Source: Minutocellus sp. GHC0000111
Taxonomy: Eukaryota
NCBI GenBank assembly: GCA_977018835.1
Contig: OZ361258.1
Location: 2,604,001 to 2,668,000 of the forward strand
DNA length: 64,000 nucleotides
Direction of reading: 5' to 3'
Of the stretch, positions 1-13,774 are shown in pieces. The notes under the pieces were generated by a model. It saw nothing but the letters and a program-made list of their open reading frames with translations, did no database searches and was not told the origin of the DNA. A program made the translations under genes and the position numbers. Positions within the stretch are counted from its first letter, which is position 1. Each line of letters opens with the position of its first letter.

Positions 1-1
1 A

Positions 2-592
2 GCAATACGAGACCCTGTCGAAAGATTTCTGAGTGGCTACAATGAGATCGAGTACAGGATAGTACATCACCCCGAAAGACTTGATGCAAGCACACCATTT
101 TCTTTCCCTCAGGAAGAAAGGGGAACGACGGCTCGTTTTCGACGATTCCTTGTTGACTACATTAGCGATGTTGCGTCAGAAAGAGAATTCAATGCCCTAG
201 AATTTTCACATGTCTGGAGTATGGCGGGAGTCCTGCATCACCTCAATCGCCACGGTTTGATCTTGAAATCTTACCTTCCATCGCTGCACAACTTGACCTA
301 TCAATGGCCGAAATTTTTGTCGTCAACGTGCAAAGGCCTTCCCGACTCTATTGAAGAGCCAATGCCATTGGCGGGTCAACATGAATCTTCAAGTGATCCG
401 TATGGATTTTATGGAGATGCGAAACAAGCATGGGCGGACCAGAAGGACATAGCCCGAGCCTTGTGTGCAGTGGATCTAATGGACTACGCTTGCTATGACA
501 AGCTAGTGGTACCTCCAATTTGCCAGGAAGTATTTTCGGACGAGAGACTCGTCGATGAAATACTGCAAAGTGACGATCTGGTCTTGGTCTAA
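2..592 (+). CDS. C-terminal part of a sulfotransferase-family protein (5' end outside window)
   Basis: Frame is open from base 2 into the 221..592 ORF. It begins AIRDPVERFLSGYNE, resembling the 3'-phosphate-binding motif (VRDPxxRxxSxY) of Golgi-type sulfotransferases. Confidence 0.55.
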   Translation, partial: AIRDPVERFLSGYNEIEYRIVHHPERLDASTPFSFPQEERGTTARFRRFLVDYISDVASEREFNALEFSHVWSMAGVLHHLNRHGLILKSYLPSLHNLTYQWPKFLSSTCKGLPDSIEEPMPLAGQHESSSDPYGFYGDAKQAWADQKDIARALCAVDLMDYACYDKLVVPPICQEVFSDERLVDEILQSDDLVLV

Positions 593-1130
593 AAGAGGTA
601 TCGGTACCACGGTATAATACACATGTATTACAAAACAAACGTCCCTCATGCACACACACATGTTTACCGTAGGAATTCCTTTTTTTTTCAGCGTGATGAT
701 GTGACTTGCTCGCATAGAAGGCGACGGTGCCGGTATGTACGCGGCATTCCGAGAGGCCTGTGTTATTTGCATGAGGTCGCAAATAGCACCGGTCAAGCTG
801 CTTCGGCGCATGGGCAGCTCTGATGCAGAGTTTGGCTACATTTATTTATTATTTGGCTCTCTTTGGATACGCAAAATAGACTTACTCTAGCGGGAAACGA
901 CACCACTCGCCATACCGATACCACCATTGTAAAGGGGGGTCTCCACAAAATCCCCCGTACAGGGGCCCCTGTATTCCTGCACATGATCAAAAGCGAACGG
1001 CTAGGCAGATTGAGATGCTTGCTCTTTCGTTTCGAGGTTCGGCAGAGGCGAGGCGCTGAACTGCCGCCGCTGCTGCTGCCACCAGCCATCCCAAACACCT
1101 GCCTTGTGAAGTTGGGTTCAGTGTAGCAAC

Positions 1131-3757
1131 ATGGCGGGGGAGTTGAATCCCTCCTCGCCGTCGTCGGGGACCAACCGGAAGCGTGCATCTTCCGCTCCCG
1201 ACGTATCCATCGATCAAGCGGCGGTTACTTCCCCCCCTTCTGCGTCGGCCACCACCCCTCCAACACCAACGGTGGTGGTGTGGCCTTCTCCCCGTCGACC
1301 AACCTTCCTCCGGCGGGATCCTCTCCGGCCTCCCGCAGTCCCAGTTCGCCGGCTCGATTCGCCACCGGCGGTGGTACCGGTGGACCCCGAACGCCGGGCC
1401 TCGAATCGCCGACGCATGGCTCGTCGGACGGAGTTTCCAATGCGTTGCCCAGCGTCACACAAAGTCTGCCGCCCAAGCTGGCCCCTGGCGGTATGGGCAA
1501 GAAGTCGACCTCCCAGCGGCAGTTTGATTGTGCACCACCCTCTATAAGCGACGGGGCGGATTCGGGCGCAATGCCGAGAATAATTGGTACGTGTTTGCGT
1601 TGCTTATTCATGCTTATTTGCAATGCATGTTTTGTCATGTTCCTCTCTTACGCCAACATTTATTGTGCTCGTCTCGCTATCAATGGCTCCATGCAGGGTC
1701 AAAAGATGCTTCACCCTTCATGGCCCGATCCTTTGCTACTACGATACGGCCATCCTTTCGGAATCTGATCCCTCCCGACCTCGTGGAAGACTCAATCTGC
1801 AGAAAGAAGAGACTCGGGCGGAGATGTCCACCAAGTATGGCACTCATTCGCCCACGGAATTCTTGGTGACCATCAACCTGTATGTGTTGGGTAGCAAGCG
1901 GAAGTGGGAACTGTGCTGTCTGAATGCTGGTGATCAACGCAAATGGTTCGATGCGCTAAAGGTTTACGATGGTCCTCCCGTCGTGGGTGTGTTTGACGAT
2001 GGGGGTGTTACTGGTGCGGTTGTCGGGGCCTTCACGCCTGGAGGCGGTGGTAGGCGGGCGTCCAGTGATGAGGGCGCAGCGCAGAATCGAAAGACTCGGA
2101 GGCAGACCATTGCGAGAGAGTCAAGTCAGAGTATTCGCCCATCGATGGGCCTTTTGCCCCCGACGCACGAAGATGAGGAAGGAGGCGGAGCGATGATTGA
2201 ACCGGCCCTGTCGTACGATAGTGCGGGGTCCGTTGGTCCGTCCAGAGGTTCTGTCGGGGCCACGGAGAGCACACCCTTAGTCGGTAGCCGTCGTCGGCAC
2301 CATCGCCGGGCTGCCAAGCCATACTCTCCCATTGATCAGCACGTCATTGTCAGCTTCTTGGCAGTAAATGTTGCTGTTTGCTTTGCCAAGTTTGGTGATA
2401 TGCTCACGTTCTACCTGTCGCTCATCATGACGAATCTTGTTCTTTATTATCTGTTGGACCACCTCACGAAACGGGAGGAAGTGCGGCGTTTGCAGCATGA
2501 GGAAAGTGAAGGCAAAGTTGGTAGGTCATCTCGATCTGCTCCCAGGGTAAGAAGGGCTATTCCAACCGTCCGAGAAGATCGGGCCGAGACATATGACTCT
2601 CAGGAAGAAGGGCTGAAAGCCGCTGGTATTGGATCTCCTTCTGCGGCTAGGAGATTGAAAGCTGGCAGTACCATCCCAAAAGCATCGGTCAAGCCTGATG
2701 CACCATCGGCAGATATTGTTACGAAAGCGGGGAAAACCAACGAGGTTACGGCAGAGACTGTGGCTTCGTATGCCGCGATCAAGGCAAGCCAGTACGATGT
2801 GCAGCCTTTCTCTTACTGGAACGTCGATGCCTCGATCTTCAAGTTACGTATCGGGCCAAATTACAAACGTGAGAAAAAGAAGGCACCCTCAGGACCGGCT
2901 CTTTTTGATCTGTACGCTATGGACGCCGTCCAGGATGACTGCATCCTCAAGAGGACTGAGGAAGGGTTTGAGATTCCAAACATTCCTGGCGTTACCGATA
3001 TCGACACTGGCTGTCCCGACGTGCCGCCCATGCTCATTGTTACTGTGAATGTTCCAACGGAAGAACCGGCCATGTTTGGAGGTGAGGCCGATGGTCCAAG
3101 CTGCATCATCACCATGTACTTTACCATTGCCAAGTACACATTGGAGGAGCTCAAGAATCTCGATACGGCAAGTCAAGGTACCAAGTTGTTTGTGGAGTAC
3201 TGCCGCAAGGCCGGGAGCGATGAGAAATTCCGTGGACGATTCAAGGCGTTGGCGGTCGTGGAGGATATGGAGACACTTGGATTCCCGTCCTTTATCACCG
3301 CATACAACGGCAAGCCTGCGCTTGTGACCAAGTCTGGCAAGTTCACTCGTCATGAGAACTATGCCGAAATGACCGTTAACGTCCATCAGTGGGCCTATTT
3401 GGCAAAGAAGGGCCTGTTCATGCTCCGAGATGAATTCCCTCGTTTCAATGTCAATATTGGTTTTACGTAAGTGCTTACACACGTATTATATGTGTGTTTT
3501 CATCTCCCTTTCAATCGTCTGTTCTTTGTAATTGCGTTCCTTGGCATCGGCCTCAATCAATCCGAGCTATAACCAATTCAACTCGTTCCGTCTTGTTTTG
3601 CAGCATCGAGGGTCGCAAGGACGAGGAGCTGCCAGAAGTGCTGCTCGGCGGGTGCCGAGTGATGGAGTTTGATTTGAACAAAGTTGGCTCGGCTCCGGGC
3701 AGTGAAAAGGAGGAACTTCTCGAGAATGGCATTGCCGCTACGGAGAGCTGGTCGTAG
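1131..3757 (+). CDS. PH domain + TM + EDR2 C-terminal (DUF1336)-type protein; 2 introns
   Basis: Splicing ~1587-1696 joins LYKRRGGFGRNAENNW to VKRCFTLHGPILCYY (PH strands). Central hydrophobic pair. C-terminal FKLRIGPNYKREKKKAPS...NIGFT|IEGRKDEELPEVLLG matches EDR2-C/DUF1336; intron 3467-3603. Two apparent 1-nt frameshifts (~1280, ~1535). Confidence 0.75.
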
Positions 3758-4286
3758 ATGCTCTGGTTTTGTGGAGTCTAGCTAGAATCTAGCTACATGT
3801 ACGTGCGTACTAGCTACTACATGTAGTAGCTGGGTGGTGGTGGTGGTGTACATGTCATGTAGTTGAGCCATCATCTAAGTCTAGATCTAATGCGCATTGA
3901 CACACTAGCCTAGATCTACCGGTACATGTTCCTCGACTCGACTCTCGACTCAGCCACCCTGACCTGGCTGCTGACTTCTGCTTCCGCTTTGCTCAGAAAG
4001 AAAGGTTTGTAACGGACTTCTTTTGCGTCATCAACACGCTAAAAAGAAACCGACTCCACAACACAAAGCACAATTACAAGCACAAAGCCCGCCAACCGAG
4101 AGCTGCGCGTTGTCGTCACAAATTGCACTACATGATGACCTGCCGCCATGCGGGCGTGATGAACAGCTAATCAAAAGCCACTCAAATTGCGTTACTAAGC
4201 TCTCGCCGCCCCTTGCTGCAGCAGCGAAGTAGAGGCGATCGTGTGAAGCCAGTGCTTAGTTTCGGCCCAGCGCATAAGAAGCAAAG

Positions 4287-7200
4287 ATGGGCAAGGCGAG
4301 GAGGGCGGCAAAGAAAAAATTGCCCGGTACCGCCGAGGCCCACGCTGGTGGGAATCCATCCTCGGCGGCGGCGTGGCCGGATGTTGCTTCCTTTGCTGCA
4401 AATGCCGTCAGCACGCCAGCGTTTGGTTCGCCGATGTTTGGATCTCCGAAACCATTCGACGGTGAGAATGTGGTGGACGAACCTCCTCCTACTGCGGCAG
4501 ATGTTCCTCCAGAGACATCAGACACGATTGCGCCACAGAACAACAATTATGGGGACTCCGATGGCAACCATCATCAGCACCAGCAGCGCCGTAACAGCAT
4601 CCCGATGCTTCAGCCCGAGGGACAGAATCTCAAGCCCGGTGAGAACAGCATCAGCAGCATTCCGGTGGCCCTGCAGCAGCAGTACGCCACTGCTGCTGCT
4701 GCCAACGAGGGTGATGATGATGATGATGATGATGATGATAATGGCCATTCGTACGGCGGTGGCGCTGATCGAAACGAAGAAGAAGAGGAAAAGCAGGAGC
4801 AGAAGCAGACAGCTGATCACGAGCAGTCTTACCCTTCTTCTACAGGTAGAAGCTACGGTCCTCAGGAGGCATACTATGATGATCTCAACGATGCTGACGA
4901 TTACAAAGAAGAGGACGACGACGACGACGACGAAGAGTGGGCCGCACGAAGAAGTCGGAGGAGTCGGCGGCGTTCTCGGGATGGAGACTACGACCGTGAC
5001 CGGTACCGCCACGACAGTTACAGCAATGATGATGCTCCCCACCACCACCATGATGACGATGAAAGCTACAGCGATGATGGGGACGGCGATCAGGAGCATA
5101 ATCTGATGGATCTGCTCAACGAGGGCATATCCGACCGCGCAGCGAGGGCGTATGCGAATCCTCATGGCGGCGCTGGGAGTGATAGCGAGGCCGAAATCGA
5201 CTTTCACGATTCCGCCGACCTCGATGCGTCGATCCCAGTCGGCAACCTTGCCTCGGCGCTGCCTCCACCTCCGCCGTCGTCATCGCTGCAGCAACCACCA
5301 CGGCAAAATCATCACTCCGCAGCTACTGCAGCTCCGGCAACAGATGCAGCCAGCGCCTTTGGGATATCGTCGCGTTGGTCGCAATTTGAAGACGATGATC
5401 AACTTCAGCAAATGACCCTTGAGGCCAATACCGCAGCGGTAATGATGCAGATGGAGAAACACATGGCCAAGACAGAGGCGGAGGGAGGGGAACAACATAG
5501 TCACGACGAGCAGGGCCAGAGCAGGGGGTGGATGGAAAAGGCTCGTTCGGTTGTAGCCAAAATTGATGGGGCCAAGGAAAGGGAACATCTGGCAGATGCA
5601 GAGGCAGAGGCACGAAATGACAAGAGGAATGACCAATTGCAACGGCAACCATCGCTCAAGTTGGGTGACATAAAGAAGGCGGTGCCAGGAGAAGAGATGG
5701 AGGTTAGCATATCCGACGTCGGTGGTCAGGGGTCCAGCGATCGCTTCAACTACTCTGGGAGGAGGCGCTATTCTACCAGTTCCAAAGGTGCAAGTGTTGA
5801 TGGTAATAGGTCCATCATGACGGCAATGACCAAGGACACATTGGATGGGATAGACCTGGACGCTGTTTGTTTTGCCGCCGCGCAAACGTTTGGGGGTGTG
5901 GAACCATCGGACGAGAACGACGTCGGGCCGACACCCCCGCAAAGCTCGTTTGGAGGATCGGGAAGCACCATCAATAATGCCGACAGATACTATGATGATG
6001 AATCTACTCTTGATGATAGGGTTGAGCCTCAAAAACAGGGGGGAGATGCTAATATGGGCAATGCCGCAGGTGATGATCATGATGCTGATAATGTCGATGA
6101 CAACGAAGGAGGAGAATTCCCAAAGTATCGTACTGCAGAGGGCGAAATGTATTACGATGTTGGCGACGTACCTGTTGGTCGCGAAGTAAGTGTTATGATT
6201 TTGTCGCGGGTGTGGTGATCAAAAAAATTTTGTCTTTGCAAATATGGTTCTTATGTAATCTTATGCACTCTTCTGCTTCCCCTTCCCCTTCAATTTCAAT
6301 GCATGGTTCTTCTTTCGCTCGTCACAGTTCATTGCTCCCCTTCGTGACCACGATCAGGATGTCTCGACCACGAGAAGAATTTCCGACGAACGCAGCCGAA
6401 GACGTGGAAGCGACTCGAGCAGGACCTCCAGTGGAAAGTATGGAAGTGACTCCTCCTCGGGAAGGGAATTTGCTGACGACAAGTCCGAAGGAGGGCTCAG
6501 GTCGGTTCATACGCACTATGTTGCATCCGAGGTTGGAGAGGACGACAAGACAGTCGGGTCAAAAAGTGTACTCACCTACGGCTACGGACAGTACTGTGGA
6601 ATCAGTGAAAGCGGTAGTTCTGTTGGCGGACCGTCCGGATGGCTTGGTGGTCTTGGTTTCGGTGCCCCTGGTGCTAGTGCTTCGGCTGGTGCTCCCGGTG
6701 GTCCTGGAGTCACAAATCAGGGCCGTAGAGAAGAAGAGTGGGATGAATCAACTCTTGGGGCTGATACTATTCGCACAAATTTCACCAACTTTGTGGACGA
6801 TTACGATGACGAACGGACTGATGAACCCCAATACCTAGAGCGACGATCGACCATGCCCACTAGCAACGTCAACCGCCAGGAAGGCGACGATAGAAGTACA
6901 AGTTACGGAAGTGGCAGTGATCTGGATAACCGTTACAGAGATGTGCGTGGCGGTGCTCAAAGGCACCCCTTCTATGGCAATCGGAGTGATGAAGATTCCA
7001 CCGGTGTGGTGTACAAAGGCAGTGACGACAGGTCGGGCGCTTCCAGTCGAACAAGTGTCAAGAGTGCGAGGCGGTCCAGCACCGGGAATATTCCAACTTC
7101 AATCATTGCGCATCATCATGTTGGTCCAAGGCGATCGAGCCTCCCGCACATGCCAATGGAGGGACAGTCTTTTTATTATGGCAAGCTCAAGGGCGGAGAT

Positions 7201-10200
7201 AGCAGTTGTGACATTTCTGCCTATCAGCAGCAGGAAGAGCAGCAGGAGCAGCACCAACAATATTATGGAAGTATAAAGGACGATGAGGGCTCGCGAGGTC
7301 CTCTCCGCAAATCGCAGCATGGGGCCTCGGCTCGGCGGAGAAGTCGTACTTCGATTCCTTCCGATGATGTTCTGGAGGAAGATGCTGCTGCTTCTGGTCA
7401 CCGCAAGGCAATACGCAGGCCATCTTCTCAACAGCTCGATAACAACGAGGCGGCATTAGCAGATGTCATTGCGAGGTCGAGAGGGGATACTCGTCAGCAG
7501 CATGGTACAGACGAAGAGTCCGAAGTGGCTGTAGCGGGAGCGCAGACAGATGATGAAGATCACGAGCAGACATTCGACAGTGATGATGCCTCCGAATCCT
7601 ACTCTAGAGAATCAGATGGCGCAGTACTTTCCATGGAGGAAGATGAAGATTACTGTGCCGAATACTCTATGCCTCTAAATGATGCCCACGAGATGGACAT
7701 GAACAATGCAAGCGCTATGGAATGGCAAATCGACAACCCAAATGGCCGAACGTCATATCGCCAGTTGCCTCGACCCAGTAGTGAAGAGTCGCCATCACCG
7801 ACCGAGGATCGGTCAGAGACGCCTTCGTCGGATGGCCACCTTCAATCGCATCATTCCACCGGTGCTGTATCGGCGGAATCGTTTTCCTCCTTTTCGCCGA
7901 AGAATTATGTAGTCAATTGGACCCGGAGCAATGGGCAAGGTGCATCGGAAGCTCCTCGACTTCCTGAGCTCGATCAGTCTGCATCTGATGACAAGTCAGT
8001 GGAAAGAGATGTTGGTGACGCCAATCAAAGTGAATTGAAGGTATTGTCCCCAACGCCGATAAAGCGCGCTATGAAGGATCAGGGTGCAGATGCCGATTCT
8101 ATCGATACATCGTCAGTGGAAAGAGATGTTGGTGGCGCCAATCAAAGTGAACTGAAGGTATTGTCCCCAACGCCGATAAAGCGCGCTATGAAGGGCCAGG
8201 GTGCAGATGCCGATTCTATCGATACATCGTCAGTGGAAAGAGATGTTGGTGGCGCCAATCAAAGTGAACTGAAGGTATTGTCCCCAACGCCGATAAAGCG
8301 CGCTATGAAGGGCCAGGGTGCAGATGCCAATTCAATTGATGCATCCTCGAGAGCAGAGAGTGAATTGAGTGCTCCAGATCGATACTCTTATCTGCTCAAA
8401 CAGGAATCAGGCATGTCTGACCATTCCTACTTGTACAATGCCGAGGTTGTGGAACCAATCGTTCCAAAAGATGTTGAAAATGACAATGCCTCAGCTGAGG
8501 TCCATGATAATCACGAAACGGAGGCGCCAAAGGAGATTTCAGCAGATAAGCGGAGAGAAACCTTACTCCGAGGTCTCTTGTCCGATACTGTCGAAGAGAC
8601 CAAGGTTGAAGACGTTACCGAGACTGCTGATACCAGCCAGAAATTGCTCTTCAGTACGCGCACAGACGAAGGACGGAGCTCTTCGGGCAAAGATGAAGGT
8701 GAATCCACGACAACATCCCTCAAATCCCTGTCGACCAAGAAGGAAATGCTGCTGCAAAATCTTTTGGCTCCGGCCGTTGGTGGTGACACCGACAGCTTGA
8801 ACAATGGTGATATAGACGAGACAGCAGATGCGGCGAATTCTGTTGTGTCTGATCCTTCTGTAGAGTCAAAAGAGGAGTCGCCCTCGGGGAATATGCCGTC
8901 AATGTCTACCGCGGACACAAACAAGGAGCACCCAGACAAAGATGACGATAGCAGCATGGGTCAAGTGCACGACACCTCATCTCCTAGTCTTCTTGATCGA
9001 AAGGCTGACTACTTGCTACCGCCACCTTCCCCCAGCGTCCTTTCGGAGGCTCCCTCTTCTGCAGTGGCATCTGAGGAGCAACTCCAAAAGCGAATGGAAG
9101 GCAGCCTTCTCGATAGAAGGGCAGATTTTCTCATCCCACCCCCTGCCCCAAGCGTCTTGAGCGTTGACCAAGATGATTCTCAATCTACTAGTATGCCCGC
9201 CAAATCCACGGATACGCCAAATTCTGTGGTGTCCGGAGATCTTCTCCAACGAAAGGCTGCATACCTTGTCCCCCCGCCGCCGCCAAGTGAATTGAGCATC
9301 GACAGACAGTCAGAAGCCCCATCGATGGGCGGTAGTGAGCGTTCGGCAGCAGTAAATTCAACTTCCAACCTTCTGGATCGCAAGACTAGGTATCTTGTTC
9401 CACCGCCACCGCCAAGTGAATTGAGCGTTGATCGACAATCTGAAATTTTGTCCGTTGCTTCCACTGACGCCCGCCCTACTAGTATGGATCCGAAATCATC
9501 GGTCGGCCTTCTCGAGCGAAAGGCCAAGTACTTGATTCCTCCTCCGCCGGCGAGTGTCTTGAGTGTTGGCCAGACTGAAACGCAGCCTACCAGCATAGCG
9601 GGTAGTGATAGCCCACAATCTGCACCAATGGAAGGTGGGCTGCTCGAACGAAAGGCTCACTTTCTCGAGTCGATCCCTCCGGCCTCTGAAGTCAGCCAAA
9701 CGATTAAAGAGGAAGATTTTGCCGAAGGCAATCGACCAAGAGTGGCTGGCCATGCAGCGGACGAGGAGTCTATCGGCAGACGAGGTAGTTCCGATGAGGA
9801 AGACGATATGGGATTTGTTTCGGCTCCGGTTTCTACATCGCCTGCGGTGCTTCCCTCGATCTTGAAGCGAAAAGATGCATTATTGGCGCCGGTTGATATT
9901 GAGCAATCGGAGTTCAGCGCATCTACGTCTTCTCACGACGAAGAAGAGGCCGCCGACAAATTTGATGCCGTTCAAAGCTGTGATCCTACAGCACTCAAAC
10001 GATTTACTAGTGGTGGAGTTCAGCCCCGGGATGCATTGAGGAAGGAAGGATCGTGGAGTAGAAAAGAGATCGAAAGAAGGTCCGACCACGAGCTTTCATC
10101 GAATTCTGACATTACTCACTCTCATCACAGTGCTTCATCCATCGAATCTCCTCCTAGGGAGGATATGGAAGAGAAGGAGGGCGCCGCAGACGCAGAGAGG

Positions 10201-13200
10201 TCTCCTCTTAGCGTTGCAGCGAGTGGCCTGACCGAGGAAGGAGATGCATCGACCATCCCTGCAAAGGCCAACGAAAAATGCATCGATAAAGACCAAAATG
10301 ATGGCTCGAATCTTCAAGAAGAATGGACTGAACATAATGAGCGAATGTTTGCAAGACCGATCAAACCGAAGCAAGCGGTCGACCCAATCGAGAAGGACTG
10401 GGTAATTCTGTGTTTGGCTCCTACAAATAGCGATAATGGAGCTCCTACAAACGACGATGAGACATCGTATGCCTCTTCCACATCGACGTCAGCGCATGAT
10501 GAAAATGTCATGACTCTCTATCCTTCCGATATTGTAGAGGCCGAGTTGGGGGCAAGAACGGAGAGTGTCGCGTCAGACATTGCCCAAGGCGGTGTTCGTT
10601 TTCACAACTCCTTGAACATTGACAGTGGCAAGAAGAGTGCAGCGTCGTCTATTACAGATGCCAAGACTGCTCCGGGTGAATTACGACGTCCTGTTCTTCG
10701 TCAAGAGGAATTTTATAAGGGCAGTCAACCGCGAGATCAAGTGCAGAGCTATCAAAAGCAACAAGACGACGATGATAACATTTCTATCGGTTCAATTGGT
10801 CCGGAGCACCTTAGTGTAGAGAAAGCTACAGGAAATTTTCATTTTTCAGAGCTCACGATGCAAGAAAGTTGGAGACCTCCAGTCTCCAAAGATACCGATG
10901 AGATGCCCAGGATGGATTATCCTGGCAAGGAGACATCTTACAACGACAAATATGACAACGAAGACGACAAGAGCGATGGGGTGATTGATACCTTCGGTTG
11001 GTCCTCGAGGCGTATTTTATCGGATGATGACAAGAGTGAGAGTTCTACGCCACCAAGTCAATTCTCTCGAGTGCAGAAGGGTGATAGCGATCATGAGGCT
11101 GACGATAATGCCTCTGAACGCAGCAGCACAGTTCAGAAGGCTCTCGTCGCTGAGTCTAGTGATAGCACGGCTGAAGACAAGAGCACTGCACCAAAAGCCG
11201 ATAGCATCGAGAGCGAGAAATCTTTGTCCAATAGTGACAGTGAAAGTGACAAGGATTACAAGAAAGCGCGGAGGGCTGCACTTGCAGCAACGGCTGCTGC
11301 GGGCGCTGCAGCAGGAGCGGCTGCAGGTATTACCGCTGCTGGTAACGAGCCATGTTCTGATGTACCAATAGACACATATCAGCAAGATTTATCTGACGAA
11401 GAAGCGACAACTGAAGATATGGTAAATGAAACCCCAATCGACTCCAAGTCTGAAGAATTCATAAAGGCAGCCAGGGCGCTGCCGAATTTTGATCGCCCAG
11501 GTGACTCGTCTTCTGATTCATCGAGCTGCTCCAGCGAAAGTACTGCCAATTCAGTCGAAGATCTCCGAGGAGCTTTTGCTTCAAAGAAGACCCAAGACAA
11601 CGACGGCGATGATGATGGCCAAGCGTGGGCCGAATCGCTTCGCTCTCTTGTTTCTGGTGCCTCCAGTAAGGGGGGTGATCAGTCTACATCTGCTGCTGGC
11701 GAGGACGATGCAGCTTCGTTAGAATCATTTTTCCAATCAGAGAAGATTGGCGGTGTTGGTGAACTTGCTGAACGAAAAATACTGCCTAGACAAGATGATC
11801 ACTCTCGATCCGAATCTGTTTCTTCTTCTTCTCACCATACTCCAATTCCTGGTACTCGGCCTAGTAGAAATCTGGGAGAGGATAGAAGCCGTGCGGAATC
11901 ATCCATCGATGACAGATACGATCGATATGACTCAGAAGAAGGCTCTGTAGACGATTCGATCCCACCAGAAGAACTTGCACTTCCAGCATTAACAGCAGCC
12001 ATGGGCGCCCCTAACCCTCCCCCGCGAGATGAAGGAGATGACAGAGATGGAGACGAGCCCTCGATTTCATCCACTGGTTCTCAACGAAGCGACGCTGCCT
12101 TTTATCGTGAACGACCCGCCGTGGAGAATAATGCTACTGACGGTCGGCAGTCAGATGAAAAAGATGTTATCGATCCAAGATTTGATACGCGCTATGACTC
12201 TGATAGCGTTGCATCATCCGCTGTATCATCAAATGTTCACAGTGCCCGCCAGGCGGACGCTCTTGGTTCTCCAAGGATTCAGGATCCTCCGCATTACTCC
12301 GATGATGACGATGATGCTGACGACGACGAGCGGGCGCCTTTGACCAGGGAAGCCACAAAATTCGCCGAAGTCGCTGCCGATGACGACACTTTTGTCGACG
12401 AAGAATTGGGCCTCATGAAGAACAATGAGCAGCAGCAGCGCGACGATGACGACGATGAAGAAGAAGTGTTTGCGAAATACGCCTACCAACATCAAGACTC
12501 TGAGGGCAAGCTGAACGATGACTTTGACGACGGAAGTGATTTTGGAGCGGCATACACGAGTCCGACCAAGAAAAGCAAGGCGCCAGCTTTCTTGTCGAGT
12601 CTGGATTGGAAGACGATAGCCCTGGTCACTCTGGTCATTGCCGTCGTTGCAGCTGTTGCGGGTACCACCGCTTCGATGCTACCAGCAACCGCAACAAATT
12701 CCCTCATGAAGGAACGTACGAACGACCCACCCCCATCCCATCGACCAACAACACCGAGAATGTTACGGAGAATGATGACAGAACGATGAGCCCAACACCC
12801 TCGCCGACGGGCTCTTTCCCTGAATCAAGAACGTACTTGCAACTTGGCAATGCTCTCATGGGCGAAGGAGACAATGATTTGGCAGGTTTTGCCGTTTCTT
12901 TGTCCGCCAATCGGCTCTCCACACTATGAAAAACTCGAACAACGAGTCATGGTCTCGTTGAAGTCTATGAGTACGAAGCCATGTTTGACAACTGGGAACT
13001 TGTTGGCAAACAAATCAAACGCGAAATCGAAGTGGATAGATTTGGATTCTCGGTTTCGCTTTCCTCCGACGGTCAGCGTGTGGCGGCTGGTGCTATCGGC
13101 GACAATACGAACGGTCCCTTCAGCGGAATAGGGTGTGTCTACGATTTCAGTGCCACCAAGGAGGAGTGGTCCGAAATCGGATGCGAGTCTGGAAATGAAG

Positions 13201-13493
13201 GAGAGAAGCTTGGCATTGCGATCTCGCTTTCACCGGACAGCAGCCAGCTTCAGATTGGGCGGCCCAAGAGACGCGACGCAAGTGGTAAGATCACGGGGCA
13301 GATCAACACTTACCACGTTACGCCATCGTCATTGCGTCCGCTGGGCGATATTAACGGAGAAGCTGGCGACAATATTGGATTTTCTCTGTCCTCCTCGACC
13401 GACGCCAAGACCATTCTGTCTGGTTCTCCTGCTTCTGGGAGAGCACGCGTGTTCTTTGCTGAGGCTGAGTTGGAAGCTCGTCCGACGGAATAG
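4287..13493 (+). CDS. Giant (~3000 aa) acidic/disordered protein with one TM helix and C-terminal FG-GAP-like beta-propeller repeats
   Basis: ORF 4287 is joined by intron 6186-6327 (GTAAGT...CACAG) in frame to the 6793..12789 ORF. TM WKTIALVTLVIAVVAAVAG at ~12607-12665, then repeats GFAVSLSA, GFSVSLSSDGQRVAAGA, GIAISLSPD, GFSLSSSTD across frameshifts at ~12690-12945. Confidence 0.65.
7996..8346 (+). repeat. Coding tandem repeat, 3 x 117 bp (39 aa)
   Basis: Near-identical units start at 7996, 8113 and 8230 (SVERDVGxANQSELKVLSPTPIKRAMKxQGADAxSIDxS). Confidence 0.95.
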
Positions 13494-13774
13494 ATTCGGT
13501 TCGGTTCGGTTCATGTTCGAATGTGATATTATTGTTATGTGTCTCAATACATATGTGTGAAGTAAGTAGAGCTAAAGCAACATGCTACGTAGTAGGTATC
13601 TCAAATGAACTTAAGAATACTAAATTTACAAAAATACATTGCTCTGGTGGAGAAAGAGACGAGTGGCGATCACTTGTTTGCGCTTGCTTCATCCGGGAAC
13701 TTATCATCCATCATCCGAAATTCATGTTACGATCGTATAAAGTACGATCTTGCTCGTCTGCTGGGCTGGCTGAG

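Noticed and set aside
4712..4932. (GAT)n/(GAC)n microsatellites; also (GCA)n at ~27339-27368
   Set aside because: Ordinary coding poly-Asp/poly-Ala tracts.
7996..8346. CRISPR-like array
   Set aside because: Contiguous in-frame coding repeats with no unique spacers.
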